Assembly: GCF_000143415.4 (NCBI RefSeq)
Contig: NW_003314320.1
Span: forward strand, 494,586 to 558,585
From: Selaginella moellendorffii
Taxonomy: Eukaryota > Plantae > Lycopodiophyta
Direction: 5' to 3'
Length of the DNA stretch: 64,000 nucleotides
The notes beneath the pieces were generated by a model, which saw nothing but the letters and a program-made list of their open reading frames with translations, made no database searches and was not told the origin of the DNA. How positions within the stretch are numbered: the first letter of the stretch is position 1; every line of letters begins with the position of its first letter. Shown in pieces: positions 51,101 to 63,100 of this stretch. The position numbers and the translations under genes were made by a program.

Positions 51101-52884
51101 TCGGTGAAGAGTGACAAAAAGACAAGAACGGAAGAAGTACCTTTAGTGATCCAGCAGGTGCTGGACCAATTCCAGGATACGATGCCGGAGGAGCTACCGG
51201 CGGGGTTGCCCCCCGCACGACCGATAGAACATAAGATTGAGCTAGTCGAGGGTGCTGAGGCGGTGGTTCGTCCACCCTATCGATTGAACGAAAAAGAACT
51301 CAAGGAGCTCAAGAGCCAACTAGAGGAGTTGGTGGACAAAGGGTATGTTAGGTTGAGCAAGTCGCCGTATGGGGCGCCGGTGCTATTTGTGAAAAAGAAA
51401 GATGGATCTATGCGCATGTGCATAGACTACCGGTTGCTCAACAAGTATACCAAGAAGAACAAGTACCCTTTGCCAAGGATCGAGGACCTGTTCGATAGGT
51501 TGGGAAAGGCAAAATACTTCTCGAGGATTGACCTAAGGTCAGGATACTACCAGATCAGGGTAGCTGAGGAAGATGTCGAGAAGACAACCTGTCGAACGAG
51601 GTATGGGAGCTTTGAGTTTCTGGTGATGCCCTTTGGGCTGTGCAATGCGCCGGCAACGTTTTCGGCGTTGATGAACCACATCTTTGTACCCTATCTGGAT
51701 CACTTCGTGGTCGTCTATATTGACGACATCCTGATCTATAGCGAGATGCTAGAGGAGCATGCCGAACACTTGGCGAAGGTGTTTGAGAAACTAAGGGAAC
51801 ACAAACTGTATGCTAAAGAGAGCAAATGTGACTTTGCTCAACAAGAGGTAAAGTTTCTCGGGCATGTGGTGGGCCAGGACGGGCTCAAGGTGGACCCGGA
51901 GAAGGTCCAAGCGATCCAGGATTGGGAGAGACCATCGAATGTACATGAGTTGAGGGCATTCCTGGGGCTATGCAACTACTATCGAAAGTTTATCAGACAC
52001 TATTCGAGAGTAGCCCTGCCCTTAACGGACCAAACAGGAAAAGGGAAGATGGTATGGACAGCAGAATGCGAGACGGCATTCGTCCACCTCAAAGGGAAGT
52101 TGAGGAAGGCTCCCGTATTGGCATTGCCAGACTTTGGTAAGGACTTTGAGGTAGAAACGGATGCTTCGGACTTTGCGTTGGGCGCAGTTCTGAAGCAAGA
52201 CAACCATCCGGTAGCGTTCTTCTCGAAGAAGCTGGACAAGGCTCAACGGAAGTGGCCTGCCCACGAGAAGGAATTGTTTGCGGTGGTCAAGGCACTCAAG
52301 GAGTGGCGACACTACCTTGGGAGACACTTCAAGGTTTACACGGACAATGTGGCAACGAAACACTTCTTGTCACAGCCCGACCTAAGAGGGAAACAAGGTC
52401 GGTGCGCCAATGCCTTAGCCGAGTTTGATTGCGAAATTCTGTACAAGCCTGGGAAGAGCAACATCGTGGCGGATGCGCTAAGTCGAAAAGCGAGCTTGAA
52501 GTTGGCAATATCCAGCGCAACAGCAACCTTCTGGGACGATGTGCGGACAGCATATGAGAACGATGGTCTAGCACAGGAAGTGTTGCTGAGGAATCTAGAG
52601 GCGCGGGAAGCTCACCAGAGAGGTGAGCTGCCAACGGAAGAGAAAACGGGCTATGCAGAACGCAACGGACTCATTTATTACAAGCAAACGAGGGTGTATG
52701 TTCCAGAAGGGGAACTAAGGAAGGTGGCCTTAGAAGAGTGTCATGACGGACCTCTTGCGGGACACGGTGGAGTGCCCAAGACGATGGGCTTACTCAAAAG
52801 GAAGTACCATTGGCCAGATATGGCTAAGGACATCCAAGACTATGTAAAGACATGCCCAAAATGTCAGCAGGTAAAAGCCGTGAC
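48148..52884 (+). mobile_element. Ty3/gypsy chromovirus copy 1, 3'-truncated (5' LTR 48148-49295, PBS 49299-49310)
   Basis: LTR TGTAAGG..CTTACA; PBS TGGTATCGGAGC (tRNA-iMet type); gag-pol breaks off after the integrase HHCC motif. Confidence 0.95.
48230..48510 (+). repeat. Degenerate hexamer array (GAGTCC/GAGACC/GAGTTC/GAGATC) in the LTR; also at 53430-53695 and 59800-60065
   Basis: 6/12-bp periodicity seen directly in all three LTRs. Confidence 0.92.
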
Positions 52885-52951
52885 CAGGCACAAGCAGCCA
52901 AGCACACCAAGCCTCCAGATTCCTAACACCCCTTGGTACCACAAGACTTGA
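49355..52951 (+). CDS. Gag-Pol (Gag, CCHC knuckle, protease, RT, RNase H, integrase N-terminus), truncated
   Basis: [21 protein letters not shown] (DTG changed to DRG), [30 protein letters not shown]; last ~22 aa read from the antisense LTR. Confidence 0.92.
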   Translation: MARAGRKQTQAETEPPPELEPPVEQEAMDEESLHEEDSSEETSKQESGGEVRSSKARLDVLEGQLAQTNALLETLVRKLKRDEKRKKKRKTADEGSAEGADPSAGTEAKPDKVEQTEVESVPQAVPKYKPKPPPVFKGVNDYKVVEDWFYDMEDYFRALRLPSSEKVPCAKPYLADNAKSWWRTTEANEGPVTTWDMMKVRIRATYVPPNATLHLRDELSRLKQTGTIQEYVNGFMAKRILVTDMGDMDVFHAFISGLQTWARGEVMRWNPTNYKEALDAAIKVHFNDNLRKGNTTGSGSTFHKGAKPRGTYSRGKFKKSFSKNESSGFRKGKSGGQRASTWGSQAKRDKPMDKKVKSYSSVGNNVCYNCGEAGHFSRECPYPKKARANMAIKSGEVQNEVCDPVPNSKLLITRATLVESRSRHLLALRGKLGGSFVKILIDRGASDNFVAADIVRQAGLTVQRLGEPRTIEFVQGSQSTNEVLRQARVEVGTWKVDMDFTVLDMAGFDVIFGMDWFNRFVVALHGQGRNLVVLANAQGRRSRVEAQDLKVGQSKAKESCLNLVSTRGQLTKGTKAAFLCLLSVKSDKKTRTEEVPLVIQQVLDQFQDTMPEELPAGLPPARPIEHKIELVEGAEAVVRPPYRLNEKELKELKSQLEELVDKGYVRLSKSPYGAPVLFVKKKDGSMRMCIDYRLLNKYTKKNKYPLPRIEDLFDRLGKAKYFSRIDLRSGYYQIRVAEEDVEKTTCRTRYGSFEFLVMPFGLCNAPATFSALMNHIFVPYLDHFVVVYIDDILIYSEMLEEHAEHLAKVFEKLREHKLYAKESKCDFAQQEVKFLGHVVGQDGLKVDPEKVQAIQDWERPSNVHELRAFLGLCNYYRKFIRHYSRVALPLTDQTGKGKMVWTAECETAFVHLKGKLRKAPVLALPDFGKDFEVETDASDFALGAVLKQDNHPVAFFSKKLDKAQRKWPAHEKELFAVVKALKEWRHYLGRHFKVYTDNVATKHFLSQPDLRGKQGRCANALAEFDCEILYKPGKSNIVADALSRKASLKLAISSATATFWDDVRTAYENDGLAQEVLLRNLEAREAHQRGELPTEEKTGYAERNGLIYYKQTRVYVPEGELRKVALEECHDGPLAGHGGVPKTMGLLKRKYHWPDMAKDIQDYVKTCPKCQQVKAVTRHKQPSTPSLQIPNTPWYHKT

Positions 52952-55900
52952 TCATGGGACCCTCTAAATCCCAAGCCTTGGGTGCAGCACTTGCTTTGGG
53001 ACGTCGGGGCGAAACACCGTGGCCTAACGGCCCGGTATGGGTACCTCTACCCCCCCTCTTCCATCCCGAAGGGAAGGTCCAAGCCCCTGGAAGGGCGAGG
53101 ACCAAAGAGCCACAAGGTACTCAAGTGGGGCACCACTCCACCTGAGCCGGGAGCACCGCAGTCGGTTTCCCTTTCGGGAGTGGGAGCTGCTCTTGAGCAC
53201 TTCCTTGGATGGCCCCTCCGGCACCAGCCAAGTCCATGCTCACTCCCACCCAAGGCCCCTCGGTCCCAGTCTCAACCTCAAGTCGGTTTGGAAGCCCAAC
53301 TGGAGAGTCCCTTCAAAACTGGTTCCTAGACCTCACTATCCCTACTATACTTTTGGAACCCCCTGCAGCCCCCCCCCCCTGGAAGACGCACGCTTTGGGC
53401 TTTCACCCCTTGACCCGTATTAGTATTTGGACTTAGTCTCTGGCTCGATCTCGGACTCGATTTCGGATCTGACTTCGGATTCGGTCTCGGACTCGATTTC
53501 GGACTCGATCTCGGACCTGACCTCGGACTCGACCTCGGACTCGGTCTCGGACCCGATTTCGGATCTCGGACTCTGTCTCAAACTCGGTCTCGAACTCGGA
53601 CTTGAACTCGGTCCCCGAGTCGGTCTCGGACTCGATTCCGGACTCTATCTCGAACTCGGTCCTAGAGTCGGTCTTGGACTCGATCCTTGACTTGGTCCCA
53701 TCCAATGAACTCTTTGTCATTTTGGTCAAGCTTTTGGGGATCCTTTAGCCTACGACATCTCGGGGAGTCGGTTCCTTACAACTCCACCACCCATAGAAGA
53801 AGTTCGATGCCCACATCGAACGTCTCATTTTATCCTACGACTTGTTGACCATGTCTCTGGGGGCATCCCCCCACTTAGCAGTGTGCCTAAGTTAGCCTCC
53901 CCGGCCAAGAGCCCATGACAACGGAATATAGGTGTCCCTATACTCCTCACCTCACCATGCCCTAGTATGGGGTCGGGACTTGAACCCAGCCTTGCTTTAC
54001 TAGGGGGTTGGGACTCGAACCCAACCTCCGTAGAATACGTCTACGGATTCGACATCCCCGCGGGGAGTCGGGCGTAGTGCCCTACGCCTGGTCGACCTAT
54101 CCAACCCATGCTAATTAGCTTACCTTTGGCGCGCCTTCGGGTCCCAACATATTGCACTTGCTCAACTTTGCAAATTGATATTTTTAATTGAATTTTGCAT
54201 AAGTACATAGAGTTCTGCCTTGCAGAAATTCCTCCACTAGATCTCGAGCGTTCGCTAGGTTCTCCTCCGGTTCCCATGTTGCTTCGCAGTGTGGAAATCC
54301 TTTCCACTTCACATGGAACTCTCTCACCTCGCGTCCTTGTCGCTTGCTTTTGCGCACATTGAGGATGGCCTCGACTTCGTATTCCTCTTCCCCTTGGATA
54401 ACCTCAGGCAAAGGTCTCACTTGGTCCTTGCGAAGCGGATCCTCAAAGTACGGCTTGAGTAAGTTCATGTGGAACACTGGGTGCATCTTCCCCATCTCTC
54501 GAGGAAGTCGGAGTCGCTAAGCCACTTTACCGATTCGTGCCTCAATCTCGTAAGGCCCCGCGAACCTGCTTAAGGAACTCAAGATCAATTCATTTACAGG
54601 AATACATGCATCTTTACCTTTGGGTCAACTTTCGGCTGATCCCACTTGGTAGTCTGAGGTTCTTGGTGTTCAGCCACACCTTCTCCCCAGCTTGGAACTC
54701 TACATCCCGACGCTTCTGGTTCGCGTATTTGGTTTGCCTTTGTTGAGCCCGTTCCAAGGAATCCCTCACTAGATTCCAAATGCTGAGTCTTTCCGCTGTG
54801 AATGCCTCCACTGCGGGCAACTCTCCATGATACTCGGCCACGCCGAGTTCCACAGGACCTTCAATAGCTCGCCCATTGATGACTTCCCATGGACTCACCC
54901 CGATACTCGAATGTGGTGAGTTGTTATAACACATTTCTGCAAGTCCCAAATGACTTACCCAATCGGTCTGGTCTCCCGAGACATAGCATCGCAAATAATC
55001 CTCCAACTGCCTATTCACCCTTTTCGTTTGTCCGTCTGTCAAGAAGTGTTAGTGCCAACAACTTGACTTAATACCCCATACCTGTCTGTGGGTGATAGGC
55101 TGTGCTGAATTTCAACTTGGTGCGATACTGTTCGAGGAGAGTCCTCCAGAACCTACTGGTGAAGATCTTATCTCGATCTGAGATGATCTCTTCTGGTCTT
55201 CCCCGCACTCGAACCACTTGCTCAAAGAACAGCTTTGCCACACCTTCCGCATCCACCTCCGTTGTGGTGGGTATGAAATGTGCCATTTTTGAAAATCGGT
55301 CCACCACCACGAATATCGCATCAAACCCCTCGCTTGGGGGGAGTCCCGTGATGAAGTCCATCGTAAGACATTTCCACGGGCGATCTGGAATTGGGATGCT
55401 TTGCAACAAGCCCCCACTAGCCTTAGTCACGGCTTTTACCTGCTGACATGTTGGACATGTCTTTACATAGTCTTGGATGTCCTTAGCCATATCTGGCCAA
55501 TGGTACTTCCTTTTGAGTAAGCCCATTGTCTTGGGCACTCCACCGTGTCCCGCAAGAGGTCCGTCATGACACTCTTCTAAGGCCACCTTCCTTAGTTTCC
55601 CTTCTGGAACATACACCCTCGTTTGCTTGTAATAAATGAGTCCGTTGCGTTCCGCATAGCCCGTTTTCTCTTCCGTTGGCAGCTCACCTCTCTGGTGAGC
55701 TTCCCGCGCCTCTAGATTCCTCAGCAACACTTCCTGTGCTAGACCATCATTCTCATATGCTGTCCGCACATCGTCCCAGAAGGTTGCTGTTGCGCTGGAT
55801 ATTGCCAACCTCAAGCTCACTTTTCGACTTAGCGCATCCGCCACAATGTTGTTCTTCCCAGGCTTGTACAGAATTTCGCAATCAAACTCGGCCAAGGCAT

Positions 55901-58900
55901 TGGCCCACCGACCTTGTTTCCCTCTTAGGTCGGGCTGTGACAAGAAGTGTTTCGTTGCCACATTGTCCATGTAAACCTTAAAGTGTCTCCCAAGGTAGTG
56001 TCGCCACTCCTTGAGCGCCTTGACCACCGCAAACAATTCCTTCTCGTGGGCAGGCCACTTCCGTTGAGCCTTGTCCAGCTTCTTCGAGAAGAACGCTACC
56101 GGATGGTTGTCTTGCTTCAAAACTGCGCCTAACGCAAAGTCCGAAGCATCCGTTTCTACCTCAAAGTCCTTACCAAAGTCTGGTAATGCCAATACAGGAG
56201 CCTTCCTCAACTTCCCTTTGAGGTGGACGAATGCCGCCTCGCATTCCGCTGTCCACACCATCTTCCCTTTTCCTGTTTGGTCCGTTAAGGGCAAGGCTAC
56301 TCTCGAATAGTGTCTGATAAACTTTCGATAGTAGTTGCATAGCCCCAGGAATGCCCTCAACTCATGTACATTGGATGGTCGCTCCCATTCCTGGATCGCT
56401 TGGACCTTCTCCGGGTCCACCTTGAGCCCGTCCTGGCCCACCACATGCCCGAGAAACTTTACCTCTTGTTGAGCAAAGTCACATTTGCTCTCTTTAGCAT
56501 ACAGCTTGTGTTCCCTTAGTTTCTCAAACACCTTCGCCAAGTGTTCGACATGCTCCTCTAGCGTCTCGCTATAGATCAGGATGTCGTCGATATAGACGAC
56601 CACGAAGTGATCCAGATAGGGTACAAAGACGTGGTTCATTAGCGCCGAAAACGTTGCCGGCGCATTACATAGCCCGAAGGGCATCACCAGAAACTCAAAG
56701 CTCCCATACCTCGTTCGACAGGTTGTCTTCTCGACATCTTCCTCGGCTACCCTAATCTGGTAGTATCCTGACCTTAGGTCAATCCTCGAGAAGTATTTTG
56801 CCTTTCCCAACCTATCGAACAGGTCCTCAATCCTTGGCAAAGGGTACTTGTTCTTCTTTGTATACTTGTTGAGCAAGCGGTAGTCTATGCACATGCGCAT
56901 AGATCCATCTTTCTTTTTCACAAATAACACCGGCGCCCCATACGGCGACTTGCTCAACCTAACATACCCTTTGTCCACCAACTCCTCTAGTTGGCACTTG
57001 AGCTCCTTGAGTTCTTTTTCGTTCAAACGATAAGGGGGACGAACTACTGCCTCAGCACCCTCGACCAGCTCAATCTTATGTTCTATCGGTCGTGCTGGGG
57101 GTAGCCCCGCCGGTAGCTCCTCCGGCATGGTATCCTGGAATTGGTCCAACACCCGTTGGATCACTAAAGGTACTTCTTCCATTCCTGTCTTTTTGTCACT
57201 CTTCACCGAGAGTAAGCACAAAAAGGCTGCCTTAGTTCCTTTAGTGAGTTGTCCTCTCGTGGACACCAGGTTTAAGCAGGAATCTTTGGCCTTGCTTTGC
57301 CCTACCTTTAGATCTTGGGCCTCCACCCTAGATCTTCTTCCTTGGGCATTCGCCAGTACCACAAGGTTTCTACCTTGTCCATGCAGGGCTACCACGAATC
57401 GATTGAACCAGTCCATTCCGAAGATCACGTCAAATCCCGCCATGTCCAACACGGTGAAGTCCATGTCCACCTTCCAAGTCCCCACTTCGACTCTCGCTTG
57501 TCGAAGTACCTCATCGGTGCTTTGGCTACCTTGAACAAACTCTATAGTCCTTGGCTCGCCTAGCCGCTGCACCGTTAGTCCGGCTTGCCGGACTATGTCT
57601 GCAGCCACAAAATTATCCGAAGCACCCGTGTCAATAAGGATTTTAACAAAGCTACCTCCGAGCTTCCCTCGGAGGGCTAGTAGATGTCGCGAACGATTCT
57701 CTACCAAAGTTGTTCGTGTAATAAGTAACTTTGAGTTAGGGACTGGATCACATACCTCTGTTTGGACTTCACCCGACTTGATGGCCATATTGGCTCTGGC
57801 CTTCTTCAGGTAGGGACATTCCCTCGAGAAGTGTCCCGCTTCACCGCAGTTGTAGCATACGTTGTTTCCCACGCTGCTATATGACTTGACCTTCTTATCC
57901 GTGGGTTTGTCTCTTTTCGCCTGACTCCCCCACGTACTCGCTCGCTGGCCACTGGATCTGCCTTTCCGGAACCCTGAGGGCTCATTTTTAGAGAAACTCT
58001 TCTTGAATTTCCCTCTGCTAAACGTTCCCCTTGGCTTGGCCCCTTTGCTAAACGTGGATCCCGACCCTGTCGTGTTCCCCTTTTGCAGGTTATCGTTGAA
58101 ATGCACCTTGATGGCCGCATCCAACGCTTCTTTGTAGTTGGTCGGGTTCTACCGCATTACTTCGCCGCGAGCCCAGGTTTGCAAACCTGATATGAAGGCA
58201 TGGAACGCATCCATATCCCCCATGTGCGTGACAAGTATCCTCTTTGCCATAAACCCATTCACATACTCCTGAATGGTTCCGGTCTGCTTCAGCCTACTCA
58301 GTTCGTCCCTTAGATGCAGAGTAGCATTCGGAGGAACGTAAGTTGCGCGAATCCTCGCCTTCATCATTTCCCAAGTGGCCACCGGTCCTTCATTGGCCTC
58401 TGTCGTTCTCCACCAAGACTTGGCATTATCTGCCAAGTATGGTTTTGCACATGGGACCTTCTCCGAGCTTGGTAATCGCAATGCTCGGAAGTAGTCCTCC
58501 ATATCGTAAAACCAATCCTCCACCACCTTATAGTCATTCACTCCTTTGAAGACCGGTGGGGGCTTTGGTTTGTACTTGGGAACTGCCTGAGGGACTGATT
58601 CCACTTCGGTCTGTTCGACCTTGTCTGGTTTTGCCTCAGTCCCTGCCGAAGGGTCTGCACCTTCTGCGCTGCCAGCATCCGCAGTCTTTCGCTTTTTCTT
58701 CCGCTTCTCGTCACGCTTTAGCTTGCGTACGAGAGTCTCTAGCAGGGCATTGGTCTGTGCCAATTGTCCTTCTAGAACATCCAATCGAGCCTTGGATGAC
58801 CGAACCTCACCACCAGACTCCTGTTTGGAAGTTGTCTCACTGAAGTCCTCCTCATGCAAGGATTCCTCATCCATCGCCTCCTGTTCGACTGGAGGCTCCA

Positions 58901-60150
58901 GCTCTGGAGGAGGTTCTGTCTTTGCCTGGGTTCGCTTACGTCCTGCCCTTGCCATCTCCCAGCAATCCGCCTCTATCCTTCGCTAGAACTGAGGAAGACG
59001 CTCCGATACCAAATTTTAAGCCACAAATTTTTCCTTTCCAATTTGCCAGCTTACCTCGCCTAACCGACCAACTCTGCCTTGGCTCGCACTAAGTTCCCTC
59101 GCCAAGGTTCTCGCCTATGGTACCAGCTCCTACTTGGTTTCAGCTACTTACTGCACGAGCAACGGAGTGTTAGCCATCCATCTACGGATTCCCAAATCTC
59201 TCCCAATCCCCCTCCCCGGGTTAGACTGGACTTAAGGTTCGGCTACACTCCCCGCAGGCACAAGCAGCCAAGCACACCAAGCCTCCAGATTCCTAACACC
59301 CCTTGGTACCACAAGACTTGATCATGGGACCCTCTAAATCCCAAGCCTTGAGTGTAGCACTTGCTTCGGGACGTCGGGGCGAAACACTGTGGCCTAACGG
59401 CCCGGTATGGGTACCTCTACCCCCCCTCTTCCATCCCGAAGGGAAGGCCCAAGCCCCCGGAAGGGCGAGGACCAAAGAGCCACAAGGTACTCAAGTGGGG
59501 CACCACTCCACCTGAGCCGGGAGCACCGCAGTCGGTTTCCCTTTCGGGAGTGGGAGCTGCTCTTGAGCACTTCCTTGGATGGCCCCTCCGGCACCAGCCA
59601 AGTCCATGCTCACTCCCACCCAAGGCCCCTCGGTCCCAGTCTCAACCTCAAGTCGGTTTGGAAGCCCAACTGGAGAGTCCCTTCAAAACTGGTTCCTAGA
59701 CCTCACTATCCCTACTATACTTTTGGAACCCCCTGCAGCCCCCCCCCCCTGGAAGACGCACGCTTTGGGCTTTCACCCCTTGACCCGTATTAGTATTTGG
59801 ACTTAGTCTCTGGCTCGATCTCGGACTCGATTTCGGATCTGACTTCGGATTCGGTCTCGGACTCGATTTCGGACTCGATCTCGGACCCGACCTCGGACTC
59901 GACCTCGGACTCGGTCTCGGACCCGATTTCGGATCTCGGACTCTGTCTCGAACTCGGTCTCGAACTCGGACTCGAACTCGGTCCCCGAGTCGGTCTCGGA
60001 CTCGATTCCGGACTCTATCTCGAACTCGGTCCTAGAGTCGGTCTTGGACTCGATCCTTGACTTGGTCCCATCCAATGAACTCTTTGTCATTTTGGTCAAG
60101 CTTTTGGGGATCCTTTAGCCTACGACATCTCGGGGAGTCGGTTCCTTACA
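52885..60150 (-). mobile_element. Chromovirus copy 2: 5' LTR 59015-60150, PBS 59000-59011, internal region, PPT ~53782-53792, remainder of 3' LTR 52885-53780
   Basis: Near-identical LTRs 6370 bp apart; complete gag-PR-RT-RH-IN-chromodomain order. Confidence 0.95.
54184..58955 (-). pseudogene. Gag-Pol-chromodomain of copy 2 with introns 55036-55081 and 54566-54617
   Basis: After removing both introns the frame is continuous except TGG>TAG at 58149-58151 and TAC>TAG at 54517-54519; integrase catalytic E is K; chromodomain YEVEAIL..FHVKWKGF..TWEPEENL. Confidence 0.9.
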
Positions 60151-63100
60151 ACTCCACCACCCATAGAAGAAGTTCGATGCCCACATCGAACGTCTCGTTT
60201 TATCCTACGACTTGTTGACCATGTCTCTGGGGGCATCCCCCCACTTAGCAGTGTGCCTAAGTTAGCCTCCCCGGCCAAGAGCCCATGACAACGGAATATA
60301 GGTGTCCCTATACTCCTCACCTCACCACGCCCTAGTATGGGGTCGGGACTTGAACCCAGCCTTGCTTTACTAGGGGGTTGGGACTCGAACCCAACCTCCG
60401 TAGAATACGTCTACGGATTCGACATCCCCGCGGGGAGTCGGGCGTAGTGCCCTACGCCTGGTCGACCTATCCAACCCATGCTAATTAGCTTACCTTTGGC
60501 GCGCCTTCGGGTCCCAACATATTGCACTTGCTCAACTTTGCAAATTGATATTTTTAATTGAATTTTGCATAAGTACATAGAGTTCTGCCTTGCAGAAATT
60601 CCTCCACTAGATCTCGAGCGTTCGCTAGGTTCTCCTCCGGTTCCCATGTTGCTTCGCAGTGTGGAAATCCTTTCCACTTCACATGGAACTCTCTCACCTC
60701 GCGTCCTTGTCGCTTGCTTTTGCGCACATTGAGGATGGCCTCGACTTCGTATTCCTCTTCCCCTTGGATAACCTCAGGCAAAGGTCTCACTTGGTCCTTG
60801 CGAAGCGGATCCTCAAAGTACGGCTTGAGTAAGTTCACGTGGAACACTGGGTGCATCTTCCCCATCTCTCGAGGAAGTCGGAGTCAGTAAGCCACTTTAC
60901 CGATTCGTGCCTCAATCTTGTAAGGCCCCGCGAACCTGCTTAAGGAACTCAAGATCAATTCATTTACAGGAATACATGCATCTTTACCTTTGGGTCAACT
61001 TTCGGCTGATCCCACTTGGTAGTCTGAGGTTCTTGGTGTTCAGCCACACCTTCTCCCCAGCTTGGAACTCTACATCCCGACGCTTCTGGTTCGCGTATTT
61101 GGTTTGCCTTTGTTGAGCCCGTTCCAAGGAATCCCTCACTAGATTCCAAATGCTGAGTCTTTCCGCTGTGAATGCCTCCACTGCGGGCAACTCTCCATGA
61201 TACTCGGCCACGCCGAGTTCCACAGGACCTTCAATAGCTCGCCCATTGATGACTTCCCATGGACTCACCCCGATACTCGAATGTGGTGAGTTGTTATAAC
61301 ACATTTCTGCAAGTCCCAAATGACTTACCCAATCGGTCTGGTCTCCCGAGACATAGCATCGCAAATAATCCTCCAACTGCCTATTCACCCTTTTCGTTTG
61401 TCCGTCTGTCAAGAAGTGTTAGTGCCAACAACTTGACTTAATACCCCATACCTGTCTGTGGGTGATAGGCTGTGCTGAATTTCAACTTGGTGCGATACTG
61501 TTCGAGGAGAGTCCTCCAGAACCTACTGGTGAAGATCTTATCTCGATCTGAGATGATCTCTTCTGGTCTTCCCCGCACTCGAACCACTTGCTCGAAGAAC
61601 AGCTTCGCCACACCTTCCGCATCCACCTCCGTTGTGGTGGGTATGAAATGTGCCATTTTTGAAAATCGGTCCACCACCACGAATATCGCATCAAACCCCT
61701 CGCTTGGGGGGAGTCCCGTGATGAAGTCCATCGTAAGACATTTCCACGGGCGATCTGGAATTGGGATGCTTTGCAACAAGCCCCCACTAGCCTTAGTCAC
61801 GGCTTTTACCTGCTGACATGTTGGACATGTCTTTACATAGTCTTGGATGTCCTTAGCCATATCTGGCCAATGGTACTTCCTTTTGAGTAAGCCCATCGTC
61901 TTGGGCACTCCACCGTGTCCCGCAAGAGGTCCGTCATGACACTCTTCTAAGGCCACCTTCCTTAGTTTCCCTTCTGGAACATACACCCTCGTTTGCTTGT
62001 AATAAATGAGTCCGTTGCGTTCCGCATAGCCCGTTTTCTCTTCCGTTGGCAGCTCACCTCTCTGGTGAGCTTCCCGCGCCTCTAGATTCCTCAGCAACAC
62101 TTCCTGTGCTAGACCATCATTCTCATATGCTGTCCGCACATCGTCCCAGAAGGTTGCTGTTGCGCTGGATATTGCCAACCTCAAGCTCACTTTTCGACTT
62201 AGCGCATCCGCCACGATGTTGTTCTTCCCAGGCTTGTACAGAATTTCGCAATCAAACTCGGCCAAGGCATTGGCCCACCGACCTTGTTTCCCTCTTAGGT
62301 CGAGCTGTGACAAGAAGTGTTTCGTTGCCACATTGTCCATGTAAACCTTAAAGTGTCTCCCAAGGTAGTGTCGCCACTCCTTGAGCGCCTTGACCACCGC
62401 AAACAATTCCTTCTCGTGGGCAGGCCACTTCCGTTGAGCCTTGTTCAGCTTCTTCGAGAAGAACGCTACCGGATGGTTGTCTTGCTTCAAAACTGCGCCT
62501 AACGCAAAGTCCGAAGCATCCGTTTCTACCTCAAAGTCCTTACCAAAGTCTGGTAATGCCAATACAGGAGCCTTCCTCAACTTCCCTTTGAGGTGGACGA
62601 ATGCCGCCTCGCATTCCGCTGTCCACACCATCTTCCCTTTTCCTATTTGGTCCGTTAAGGGCAGGGCTACTCTCGAATAGTGTCTGATAAACTTTCGATA
62701 GTAGTTGCATAGCCCCAGGAATGCCCTCAACTCATGTACATTGGATGGTCGCTCCCATTCCTGGATCGCTTGGACCTTCTCCGGGTCCACCTTGAGCCCG
62801 TCCTGGCCCATCACATGCCCGAGAAACTTTACCTCTTGTTGAGCAAAGTCACATTTGCTCTCTTTAGCATACAGCTTGTGTTCCCTTAGTTTCTCAAACA
62901 CCTTCGCCAAGTGTTCGACATGCTCCTCTAGCGTCTCGCTATAGATCAGGATGTCGTCGATATAGACGACCACGAAGTGATCCAGATAGGGTACAAAGAC
63001 GTGGTTCATTAGCGCCGAAAACGTTGCCGGCGCATTACATAGCCCGAAGGGCATCACCAGAAACTCAAAGCTTCCATACCTCGTTCGACAGGTTGTCTTC

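Noticed and set aside
53960-54050. Complete tRNA or SINE in the retroelement 3' UTR
   Set aside because: Only T-arm-like hairpins; no D arm, anticodon arm or A box at proper spacing.
58149-58151. TAG between gag and pol as programmed readthrough or A-to-I editing site (also integrase AAA for GAA)
   Set aside because: Copy 1 has TGG here and the stop lies mid-Gag; both changes fit C-to-T deamination on the opposite strand.
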